DNA of 63,543 nt, counting the filler, from Octopus bimaculoides (lineage: Eukaryota), in the NCBI RefSeq assembly GCF_001194135.2. It is 10 parts of 10 records of this genome, joined end to end, with 100 filler letters (N's around TTAATTAATTAA, not from the genome) between each part and the next. Parts side by side here need not be neighbours in the genome. Positions count along the whole stretch, not along the records: positions 51,715 to 54,987 come from NW_026395605.1; positions 55,088 to 58,092 come from NC_068981.1; positions 58,193 to 60,181 come from NC_068991.1; positions 60,282 to 62,139 come from NW_026316911.1; positions 62,240 to 63,543 come from NW_026419411.1; 5 more parts are not named here. One strand, 5' to 3'. Made by a program: the position numbers and the translations under genes. The number at the start of each line of letters is the position of its first letter. Within the stretch, counting starts at the first letter, position 1. Below, piece by piece: positions 53,360 to 63,543 of this stretch. Under the pieces are notes generated by a model that was not told where the DNA came from, did no database searches, and worked only from the letters and a program-made list of their open reading frames with translations.

Positions 53360-54299
53360 CTAAACACACACATATATTAATGATGTACACAAATACATGA
53401 AAGGTAATCATAAAACTGAAATAAAGTAAACTCATGGAGACAAATACATTAATATTACAAATTGAAAACAAAATAATAAAAACATAAAAATCAATGAGGA
53501 GACAAAAGAAATAGATGATACATGTTAATCTTATTAGGTATTTCTGTTTATTTAGAAACACACACTGAAGAGGTCATTTCACAGATGATAAACTATAAAT
53601 TTCACAGGGTACAACCTTAAAGTTGACTCCTCCACTAAACGCAGGAAATTTCTGTCTCACTATTGGCTATAAACACAGTTTTCTCGATTTTTAACTTCTG
53701 TAACTTTTCCTCCAATTTTTATCTCCACAACATCATACCTTCATAATAATTAGACTGGAAAACTCTATTATTATAGCTGATTTGCAGAGTTTTTACTGTC
53801 TTTTAAAAAAAATGCATATTTTGTGAACGCAAAAAACCCCAGATCTGTCGACTAACTTTACACTTTTTACAAACACTGTACAATGTAATTTGAATGATAA
53901 CTGTGTGGTATGTCTAGCATGCCAACTGACTACTTTTCCCAGAGAAAATTCTGGAGAAAGGGATGAGCACTGTGGGAAAGCCTGTCAATAAATGATTCTC
54001 TCCCACTGATGTTCCCAGCTTGTTGCCAGCCATTGTTGCTCTCTGGCATGTTCATTTCTCAAGACACTGTTTGTTATTCAAGGCATTTTATAATTCAAAA
54101 ATTGTTTGTAAATTGATTTGTTCACAGTGAGGGGAGAGTTTGTATACTGAGGTTCCACTGTATGTATGTGCCTGTCTCTGTCTGTTTGTGTCTGTCTGTC
54201 TGTCTGTCTCTGTCTAAGAGGATAAGTGTCTCCAAGAAGCACTTGTCCTCTCCTTAACGCTATCTTCAGATACGCTCAATCTGACAAAGGTGTTTATGG

Positions 54300-54338
<39 letters not shown>

Positions 54339-54845
54339 AGGTGATTCATAAGCACTTGACCTGATGGATAATTATAGTTAAGTGAATTTCTATTCACAAA
54401 ATAAAAAACAACAACAACACACACACACACACACACACATTAATGAACATTTTTATAAAGCATAAATACAAGAAAACTAGTGAATATCAACTGATAAAAG
54501 GATTCACTTAACCTTGAAATAAAATATTTTAACAATGTTTGTGTTTTGATGCCGACTGCAAGGCCAGCATCAATAGAATTTTATAATCCGCATCTGCCTG
54601 TCTACATGCTTGGGTTTGGTGGGAGTTTACTCATGTGACCGAGTAAGACCACTTCCTAAAATTAGTAAGGGGCTCATAAGGCTGAATTTACAGATCTTGT
54701 GGGGTGTATATTCATCCCTCCTGGAGAGGAATCCCAGCTCATCACAGGATTACTCAATTTTGTCATCTGAGTGGACTGGAGCAAGGTGAAGACGATGGTT
54801 TGTGTATGTGTTGCCATAGAAGCAGCGTTGCACCTAGCAGGCATA

Positions 54846-54987
54846 GGTACAGGAGCAGCTGTGTGGTAAGAAGCTTGCTACCCGATCACATGGTTCCGGG
54901 TTCAATCCCATCACATGGCACCTAGCCTCGGGCCGACCAAAGCTTTGTGAGTTATTTGGTAGACGGAAACTGAAAGAAGCTCATCAC
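54846..54987 (+). mobile_element. SINE family B head with internal deletion
   Basis: GGTACAGGAGCAGCTGTGTGGTAAGAAGCTTGC...GGTTCCGGGTTCAATCCC...GTAGACGGAAACTGAAAGAAGC. Confidence 0.85.
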
Positions 54988-55087
54988 NNNNNNNNNNNNN
55001 NNNNNNNNNNNNNNNNNNNNNNNNNNNNNNNTTAATTAATTAANNNNNNNNNNNNNNNNNNNNNNNNNNNNNNNNNNNNNNNNNNNN

Positions 55088-55134
<47 letters not shown>

Positions 55135-55959
55135 ATTAAGATTCAGTTGAACTAGGTACGTTAGGTACTTAAATTGAGGCACCTTGTTAGGTCTGAGTAA
55201 CATGCATACTCAACAATATCAAGTGAATATCAGACTTGGTGCAAAAGTGCCGGCCATATGATATCCTTGCAATGTATGCAAATAATAGGACCCAGCTGAG
55301 TGAAGAAATCCACTCTTAGTTATTCAGACATGTTTTTTTATATTAAAAATACTATGATATTTACGAAGATATATAAGTAACAAAGCGGTACAGATGTCAA
55401 TTCATTACAGCCGTTTCTAACGTCTCTTTTAATTGATTAATGAGAACATTACATTATTGCAAAGAAACCGTTTTCGTCAGATGAATTCATAATCTTCAAA
55501 CATAAAGGAATTATTCAACATAGGAGTAAAAATATTTACATCGATCTGCTACCATTCAGTTGGCAGAATAAACTTATCAGAATATTTGGTCAGATCAAAG
55601 AGGAATTTAGGGTATATTAGAGTTTAAAATAGAGGAAGGAGATAATTGACCCAAGTGACCCAATTATCTAAACTTCTAACAATAGAGGTAGGATCGGCTC
55701 CGATCGTCTAGATTTTTATCTCAAGTTATTTATGTGTACCGGTCGTGGTGAGAGAAGCAATTAATGCCAGGCAGCCAACTAAATTATCAAAAGTGATGGG
55801 ACTATATGTCGGCTTAATCTTCGCAAAATGGGCAAGGTATAGGGTAGTAATAATCATCCACTCTCCATCACTCACTCCATTATTACTACCCTATGCGTTG
55901 CATAGGTGGAGGTGGAATTTGAACTCAGGGCGTAAAAAACCAGAGCTCAGCTTTTACTT

Positions 55960-56080
55960 ATATTGACCCCGAAAGAATGAAGAAGCAAGTCGGGCTTGCC
56001 AGGTTTTGAACTCAGAACGTAATGACGGACGAAATGCTGCTAACCAATTTTACCGATATGCTAACGATTTTGCCAACGCT
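55960..56080 (-). mobile_element. SINE family A, degenerate, head-to-head with the 56140 copy
   Basis: TTGACCCCGAAAGAATGAA...TTTGAACTCAGAACGTAATGACGGACGAAATGC...GCTAACGATTTTGCCA. Confidence 0.75.
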
Positions 56081-56139
56081 GACAATGACGACGACGACGA
56101 CGAGGATGATGCTGATGATGATGATCGAAAACCACAAAT

Positions 56140-56357
56140 GCGGCGAGCTGGCAGAATCGTTAGCACGCTGGACGAAATGCTTAGCGGTATTTCACCCGTC
56201 ACTACGTTTTGAGTTCAAATTCCGCGGGGATCGACTTTGCCTTTTATCCTTTCGGGGTTAAAGAAATAGGTACCAGTGAAACACTGGGTCGATATGATCG
56301 ACTAGTTCCCTACCCCAAATTTCAGGTCTTCTGCCTATTGTAGAAAGGATTATTATT
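56140..56357 (+). mobile_element. SINE family A, full length with (ATT)n tail
   Basis: GCGGCGAGCTGGCAGAATCGTTAGCACG...GAGTTCAAATTCC...AAATTTCAGGTCTT...GTAGAAAGGATTATTATT. Confidence 0.9.
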
Positions 56358-56757
56358 AATTTTCTGTATGTTATATATATTTGTAAGTCCTGGTGTTTTT
56401 GTTATGTATTTGTCTGAATATTTTTTTATTATACCTAAGGCACCTACTATGATAGGAATTGTTTCTGTTTTTAGATTCCACATTCGAGTTACTTCTATTT
56501 CCAGGTCTTTGTATTTTGAAAGTTTCTCCATTTCTTTTAGGGAAACGTTGAAAGCATTTTTTCCTTCATGATCTTTGACAATTATATCTGGTCTATTGGC
56601 CTTTCTCGTTTTCTGTGACCTTTTCTGGCGTGTGTTTATACCATCTTTTTTCTGTTGTTATTCCATAGTGTTGGCATAGCTTCAGTGTATATAGGTCCCA
56701 GCTGTGAATATATTCCTTCTTAGCTAGGACTGGGCAGCCAGAGATAATATGATTTTA
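56358..56757 (-). mobile_element. R4/Dong-like LINE fragment (CCHC knuckle end and RLE), subfamily 1, truncated at both ends
   Basis: Reverse complement reads NHIISGCPVLAKKEYI...LCQHYGITTEKRWYKHTPEKVTENEK / RPDIIVKD...KEMEKLSKYKDLEIEVTRMWNLKTETIPIIVGALG...NIQKI. About 160 bp are nearly identical to the 15754 copy. Confidence 0.9.
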
Positions 56758-56813
56758 GGCAGCCAGAGATAATATGATTTTAAATCATATTATCTCTGGC
56801 TGCCAATCTTATT

Positions 56814-56873
<60 letters not shown>

Positions 56874-56877
<4 letters not shown>

Positions 56878-57240
56878 CGCCGAGCTGGCAGAAACGTTAA
56901 CACGCCGGGTGAAATGTTTAGCAGTATTTCGTCCGTCTTCACGTTCTGAGTACAAATGCCACTGGGTCTATGTATTCGACTTGTACCCTCCCCCAAATTT
57001 CAGGCCTTGTGCCTATAATAGAAAAGATCATTATTATTATTGTTATTATTACTATATAAGGTGGCGCGCTGGCAGAATCGTTAGCACGACTGGCAAAATA
57101 GTTTGCGGCATTTTGTCCGTCTTTACGTTCTGGGTTCAAATACTACCGAGGTCGAATTTTCCATTCATCTGTACGCAATCTCAAGTCGATGTCATCAACT
57201 TATCTCCTCAAAGTTGCTGGCCTTGTACCAAAATTTCAAA
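56874..57240 (+). mobile_element. Two tandem SINE family A copies separated by (ATT)n
   Basis: Heads at about 56876 (GCGCCGAGCTGGCAGAAACG) and 57059 (AGGTGGCGCGCTGGCAGAATCG). Confidence 0.85.
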
Positions 57241-57636
57241 CCACCACCACTATCATCATCATCATCATTGGATCCATGTGGTTTACGTCACTGTTTACAA
57301 TTTTGTTCCAATTGTTTTCAAATTTTGTAATTAGTCTTTAAAATTTGCAAAATTTGGGTATTTTAGCCAATCAGAAGCGAGTATTTTACACATCACCCTG
57401 GCGAAAAAACTCTATTTCCATGCTCACAAGGAGTGTAAACCACCAAATTGAATGTAATCAACAAATTGAATGTACCTGAGCATCTTTAAAGCGTGGAAAC
57501 AAACGCTTGGTTGACTCTTATCTTTGTGAATTTATGTGGAGGAGATATGAGAAAAATAATTTATTTTATAAAATCCTAGAGTGTAATACAAACTTTCGTT
57601 CTTGAGTTTTTTAACTAATAAATGTCTGTTTTAAGC

Positions 57637-57871
57637 AATGTTTTGACTGTTATCTCTAGCAACTCCTGTTGGTTTGCTCGTAGCTTTTAAAGACTTAATT
57701 TACTCGCGAATGTTTCAATGCTTTTCACTGTTTACTTTACTCGTGTATATTTTAATGTTTTGACTGTTATTTCTAGCAACTCCTGTCGGTTTGTTCGTAG
57801 CTTTTAAATATTTAATTTTCTCGCGAATCTTTTGTTTCCACTGTTTACTGCAGCTAGTCTAATGTTTTGAC
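57637..57871. repeat. ~117-bp tandem duplication (2 units plus the start of a third)
   Basis: AATGTTTTGAC starts at 57637, 57754 and 57861. The first two units align (TCTAGCAACTCCTGT.GGTTTG.TCGTAGCTTTTAAA). Confidence 0.9.
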
Positions 57872-58229
57872 ATGCCGGTGCCCTCGCCTCCTTTCTCGCG
57901 ACTGTGACAGATAATGGAAGAGGTAACGAACGCAGTTTTCTGAATGGCTGACAATTCCGAAAATTGTCAAACTTTAAACACCTGTAACATTTTCGCAAAA
58001 GTTTTTATGGAATAAATGAATAACAAATTCGGATTCAGCGTCAAAAATTACATCTATATGATACATTAAAAAAAAAAAAAATTTAACGATAANNNNNNNN
58101 NNNNNNNNNNNNNNNNNNNNNNNNNNNNNNNNNNNNTTAATTAATTAANNNNNNNNNNNNNNNNNNNNNNNNNNNNNNNNNNNNNNNNNNNNCATATTGA
58201 ACTGTCAATCCCTACACATCTTTTCTCTC

Positions 58230-58407
58230 TCCGTTTATTATTTTTTTTCTCTCTCCATTTTCCCTCTAAACCCTTTCTGCCGAAGAGCGTAGGCTGGAAA
58301 CGTCAAAGGCTTTTCCATTCTTCCCGAGTGTTAGATTTATATACCTGCTAGTTTCCCCCCCCCCCACCTGTCTTCGTTATTTGTTTTCTGTAAATTTGAA
58401 GTAAAGT
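58230..58407 (+). mobile_element. Penelope-like terminal repeat with hammerhead-like motif
   Basis: Same family as 32136-32355. It runs into a (TATG)n tract. Confidence 0.65.
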
Positions 58408-60000
58408 ATATGTATGTATGTATGTATGTGTGTATGTATGTATGTGTGTCTCTATGTATGTATGTGAGTGTGTATGCATGTATGTATATATGTATGTATG
58501 TATGTATGTATGTCTCTGTGTATGTATGTATGTACGTATGTATGTATGTATGTATGTATGTATGTATATGTGTGTATGCGTGTGTGTATGTATTTATATA
58601 CCTATATATGTATCAAACCTAATTGTGTTTGTTGGCATCACTACCTCCATATCAGCTCGTCTTGGATTTCTGTTGTAGCCATTCTCGACGCCGTGGACCT
58701 AGTGTTAGATGAAGAATTCAGTGTTTTAGGTTCAAATTCATTTGAGCACTGCTCCATCTTCGCTATACTGAGTGTATCTAGCTCTCATCCATTGTCTCTC
58801 TTTCTTTCTCTTTCTCTCTTTTTGTTTCTGTGTGATTGTGGGGGGGGGGGCGCAAGTTTGAAATATGTTTTGCTTTCACATTCACTTTTCCCCCCGAAAT
58901 AAAATATCAAACTGCAAGGAAGAACGTATCAGAACATGTTCTTCACAGTTTGTTGAACTTCTAAAAAAAATTGGCAATGGAACCTCTCTCTAAACATACA
59001 CCGTTCTCTCTTGGAAAACTGACTTACAACAAAAATTGTGTAATGTAGTCCTTATTGCATTAAGCCTGCTACTAATACCAGCCAAATAGCTCGATGATAA
59101 TCCAATTTACTGCCTTAAATGAAAGGAATGTTACAGTCTATAGCGTAGTAGCCCTAAACACTTATATTATCGTTGAGAAATAAATAAGTGAAAATGGCTG
59201 AATAGCTACTGATGGAACGTCATTGGATGTTAGTCTGCGCCATTACTGCTGACCAGGAAGTAAACAACAACGACAATCACGACCACGACCACGACAGCGA
59301 CAGCAACAATAACAACGACAATGACATCATCAACATCAACGCACTTTGGTCATTTATTTTTCATATATTCATGATTTGTCGATTACGGAAACTGAATTGC
59401 TATCTAATCGATTCTTTGAGTGTGAGATAATAAAATACATATCGGTAGTAAATACAGTCACCTCACAACTTACATCGATCGAGTCTTTCATAAGATATTT
59501 TTGTCTTGCTAGAAATAGTAGTCAAAATTCTATTTCATTTCACAGTCTAACATTTATAATCAAGACGGACATGGCTGGAACGCCTTCCATCAAAGATCTG
59601 CTCGGCTAGGATTGATATAAAGCTATATAACAACAAAGCAACAAAACACAGCAACTACATCAACTATAAGTACAATAGTGACGACAAAAACCACAGTAGC
59701 ATCCATAATCTTAATTCCTTTATGCAGTTTGCATGCTGTCATTAAGACTTCGAGAAGACATTTCCCGTTGAGTAGCAACCAGTGCCTTAAAGCTTCAGGA
59801 ACATCTACGGAGTTGCAGAAAATACTTTCCCGCGATATAACACGCATACGCATGTGTATGTATGCATGTATGTATGTATGTATGTATGTATGTATGTATG
59901 TATGTATGTATGTATGTAGGTAGGTATGTATGTATGTGTGTGTGTATGTATGTATGTATGCATGTATGTATGTATGCATGTATGTAACTACACGTGGCCC

Positions 60001-60181
60001 GTTCGCGATTTCTTCTTCTTTCCACTTTTCCCTCTCTCTTTTGCGACGAAGAGCTTAGCTTGAAACATTAAGCTCTCTCCTTTGACCGAACGCCAAGCTA
60101 ATATACTTCTTGTGTCCGTCTTCATGTTTGTTGTGTTTCTTTTTCTCGTTTTTTCTGTTTATTTGAATTGACTATATATAT
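60001..60181 (+). mobile_element. Related Penelope-like terminal repeat ending in (TA)n
   Basis: GCGACGAAGAGCTTAGCTTGAAACATT...GTCTTC...TTTGAATTGACTATATATA has the same architecture but is more diverged. Confidence 0.55.
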
Positions 60182-60280
60182 NNNNNNNNNNNNNNNNNNN
60201 NNNNNNNNNNNNNNNNNNNNNNNNNTTAATTAATTAANNNNNNNNNNNNNNNNNNNNNNNNNNNNNNNNNNNNNNNNNNN

Positions 60281-60493
60281 NGATCATTGCCAGAGCAGCT
60301 GTCTGACTTCTGTGCTGTGTTAAAAGCACATCTGAGCATGACTGTGGTCATTGGCAGAACATGGTCATAGCCAGAACCACCTGACTGGCTCTTGTGCCAG
60401 TGGCACAAAAAGGCATTTACCACATTCTCAGAGTGGTCGGCATTAGGAAGGGCATCGAGCTGTAGAAACTTTGCCAGATCAGATTGAGCCTGG
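60281..60493 (+). mobile_element. Probable RTE-related 3' tail repeat
   Basis: GTGGTCGGCATTAGGAAGGGCATCGAGCTGTAGAAAC resembles the GGCGTTAGGAAGGGCATCCAGC stem seen in invertebrate RTE-type tails (recalled). Confidence 0.45.
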
Positions 60494-62249
60494 NNNNNNN
60501 NNNNNNNNNNNNNNNNNNNNNNNNNNNNNNNNNNNNNNNNNNNNNNNNNNNNNNNNNNNNNNNNNNNNNNNNNNNNNNNNNNNNNNNNNNNNNNNNNNNN
60601 NNNNNNNNNNNNNNNNNNNNNNNNNNNNNNNNNNNNNNNNNNNNNNNNNNNNNNNNNNNNNNNNNNNNNNNNNNNNNNNNNNNNNNNNNNNNNNNNNNNN
60701 NNNNNNNNNNNNNNNNNNNNNNNNNNNNNNNNNNNNNNNNNNNNNNNNNNNNNNNNNNNNNNNNNNNNNNNNNNNNNNNNNNNNNNNNNNNNNNNNNNNN
60801 NNNNNNNNNNNNNNNNNNNNNNNNNNNNNNNNNNNNNNNNNNNNNNNNNNNNNNNNNNNNNNNNNNNNNNNNNNNNNNNNNNNNNNNNNNNNNNNNNNNN
60901 NNNNNNNNNNNNNNNNNNNNNNNNNNNNNNNNNNNNNNNNNNNNNNNNNNNNNNNNNNNNNNNNNNNNNNNNNNNNNNNNNNNNNNNNNNNNNNNNNNNN
61001 NNNNNNNNNNNNNNNNNNNNNNNNNNNNNNNNNNNNNNNNNNNNNNNNNNNNNNNNNNNNNNNNNNNNNNNNNNNNNNNATATATATATATATATATATA
61101 ATGTATGTGTTTTTTATTTATAAGTTAAGGCTACTATTGGTTTCAAGTTAGAGGAGTCCCTTGACAATTATCAAGCCTATCAAATGGAGATGAACACTGA
61201 TGTTCCATGTGACATCTCTTAATATGAAACCAATGGTTGCCTCAACCCATAAATAAAGGATTTTCATCCACCAATACAGTGTTGAGCACTCATTCTTACT
61301 GTTTGATATTAAGGTGTGTTTGTGTGTGTGTNNNNNNNNNNNNNNNNNNNNNNNNNNNNNNNNNNNNNNNNNNNNNNNNNNNNNNNNNNNNNNNNNNNNN
61401 NNNNNNNNNNNNNNNNNNNNNNNNNNNNNNNNNNNNNNNNNNNNNNNNNNNNNNNNNNNNNNNNNNNNNNNNNNNNNNNNNNNNNNNNNNNNNNNNNNNN
61501 NNNNNNNNNNNNNNNNNNNNNNNNNNNNNNNNNNNNNGTGTTTGTGTGAGTGTGTTTCACTCTATAGGCATTACTAGATTCCAGTGAGCCTTCCTGAATC
61601 AATTTCCCCATAACTTTCTGGAAAATGTATATTATTTCACAAAATTTTATAGAGACATATTTTCAAGGAAATGCTTTATGGTTAAAGTTATAAATTTTTT
61701 AATTTTTAAAGAATTTCCTAACCATTCTCCCTCCCCACCTCCTTCCTGACTTTGATTCCTGTAAACTCTCTTTAAAACAAACATTTTATATTGAAATCTT
61801 GTAGAAATAGATTTCTGTGGGTGTATATATTGATTATGTTGATAAAATCTTTTTTTAGTATTTAGAGATTGAATTTCTGATTATTTTTACCTCACTCCCA
61901 CCTAATTTGTTACCGTTATTTTCTATAACTCTAGCGCTTTTCCCTAGTTTTATCCACACAGTCATAATTTACAGTGCTCTCACAAATACATACTTTTTGA
62001 ATAATTTCCATTAAGAATATGCATTTGAAAGAGTCATGGGGAGAGAAATTTATGAGGGACCAAACTGTAGTTATACATGTATCTGTTATATGCACAATGA
62101 TAAAAATAAACAGCAACATATGTTTAATTTCATATGTTCNNNNNNNNNNNNNNNNNNNNNNNNNNNNNNNNNNNNNNNNNNNNTTAATTAATTAANNNNN
62201 NNNNNNNNNNNNNNNNNNNNNNNNNNNNNNNNNNNNNNNGTGGTGGTGG

Positions 62250-62423
62250 GTGATGAAAGTGTTGATGGTGATGATGATGATGATGATGATGATGATGGCA
62301 ATCAACAATGATGACAATAATAACAACGATGATGATGACAGTTGACAAATACGATGGTGACAATGATGATGATTATTGATGATGACAATGAGTGACGATG
62401 ACAATGATTGAAAACAACGGCAT

Positions 62424-62457
<34 letters not shown>

Positions 62458-62662
62458 AATGATAATAATAATGATGATAATGATAATGATGATGATGATG
62501 ATAATGATGATTGACAATGACAATGACGACGTCGATGATGATGATGATGGATGCTTGATGATGATGACAACAACGATTATGGTGATGATGATATTGAGGA
62601 TGATGACGACGACAATGATTGCTGACAATGATGGTAACGATGATGATAACGATGATGATAAC

Positions 62663-62706
<44 letters not shown>

Positions 62707-62764
62707 CGACGACGACGACGATGATGATGANNNNNNNNNNGATGATGATGACGACGACGACGAC

Positions 62765-62796
<32 letters not shown>

Positions 62797-62815
62797 CGAT
62801 GATGATGATGATGCT
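62250..62815. repeat. (GAT/GAC)n degenerate trinucleotide array
   Basis: Directly visible. Confidence 0.95.
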
Positions 62816-63076
62816 GTTGGCAATAGGGATTACTGCTTGTGTTGTAGATAATGTTTGTGCTGAAGGTAAAGATGGAGGAGGGATGGGCATGGTAGAAAGG
62901 GCAAGGTAGGTGTCTGGACCAGTTGGTTCACTGTTGTGAAGATGGTTGAAGCAATAAGGAAAATGGTGGAGATGAAGTGTGCTGTGTGTGGACAGAAAAC
63001 AAGGGACAGAGAGCAGCTGACTACGGTGATGGTGGCAGTGTTGGCCTTTGCCAGTGGTGGTCATAGTGTCCATGAA

Positions 63077-63234
63077 GGTGCAGGAGTGGCTGTGTGGTAA
63101 GTAGCTTGCTTACCAACCACATGGTTCCGGGTTCAGTCCCACTGCATGGCACTTTGGGCAAGTGTCTTCTACTTTAGCCTCGGGCCAACCAAAGCCTTGT
63201 GAGTGGATCTGCTAGACGGAAACTGAAAGAAGCC
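63077..63234 (+). mobile_element. SINE family B 5' half, well preserved
   Basis: GGTGCAGGAGTGGCTGTGTGGTAAGTAGCTTGCTTACCAACCACATGGTTCCGGGTTCAGTCCC...GAAACTGAAAGAAGCC. Confidence 0.9.
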
Positions 63235-63543
63235 TGTGTGTAAACATCATGACAATACCCTTAGTGGTTTAGTGCCAAAATTTAAAATCATTATTATTGC
63301 TGTTTTTATTGTAGGGATTGTTGGAGAGACTTGCTGAAGTAAAACCATGATCACTGGGATTCCAACCATGACCATCCTATGTAATTTTCTTATAAAAACA
63401 GCAACTTGAGAATTGGCTACTATTTGTAGCAGGTCAAGCATCTATTTATAGAGGTTCTTTCATTGGTTTCTGCTGTTACTGTCGGAATGTTAATCATGGT
63501 GGTGACGGTGGTGGTAGTGGTGATGGCGGTGGTGGGGTGTCGG

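Noticed and set aside
62700-62775. Duplicated GAT/GAC pattern either side of a 10-N gap
   Set aside because: Likely a contig-end overlap artefact.
63315-63338. 24-nt exon candidate GLLERLAE (good acceptor); similar candidates at 30630-30675 and 61995-62065
   Set aside because: Weak donors or acceptors and unrecognised peptides, as expected by chance.

Overview
AT-rich, gap-ridden, microsatellite-saturated eukaryotic non-coding DNA. The SINE families and repeat landscape look like an Octopus (coleoid cephalopod) short-read assembly; this is recognised from memory, not from a search. I can identify no host protein-coding gene, RNA gene or CRISPR array. Almost all long ORFs in the track are microsatellite or N-gap artefacts. 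Nine artificial 100-bp joins (44N-TTAATTAATTAA-44N) split the window into ten separately assembled pieces. The recognisable content is transposon debris: three tRNA-headed SINE families (over 20 copies), four R4/Dong-like LINE fragments, two RTE-clade LINE fragments, a Penelope-like RT fragment, three Penelope-like terminal repeats, and mariner-, Tigger- and hAT-type MITEs. The most interesting signals are (1) a recurring SINE / (AAT)n / R4-like LINE architecture in which the two families occupy the same microsatellite in opposite orientations, (2) a minimal hammerhead-ribozyme-like fold with a variant core in the Penelope-like termini, (3) fold-back structures at retroelement junctions, (4) a correctly spaced TATA+Inr core promoter candidate, and (5) two minus-strand micro-exon candidates. 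I did not find a convincing wholly new gene system.
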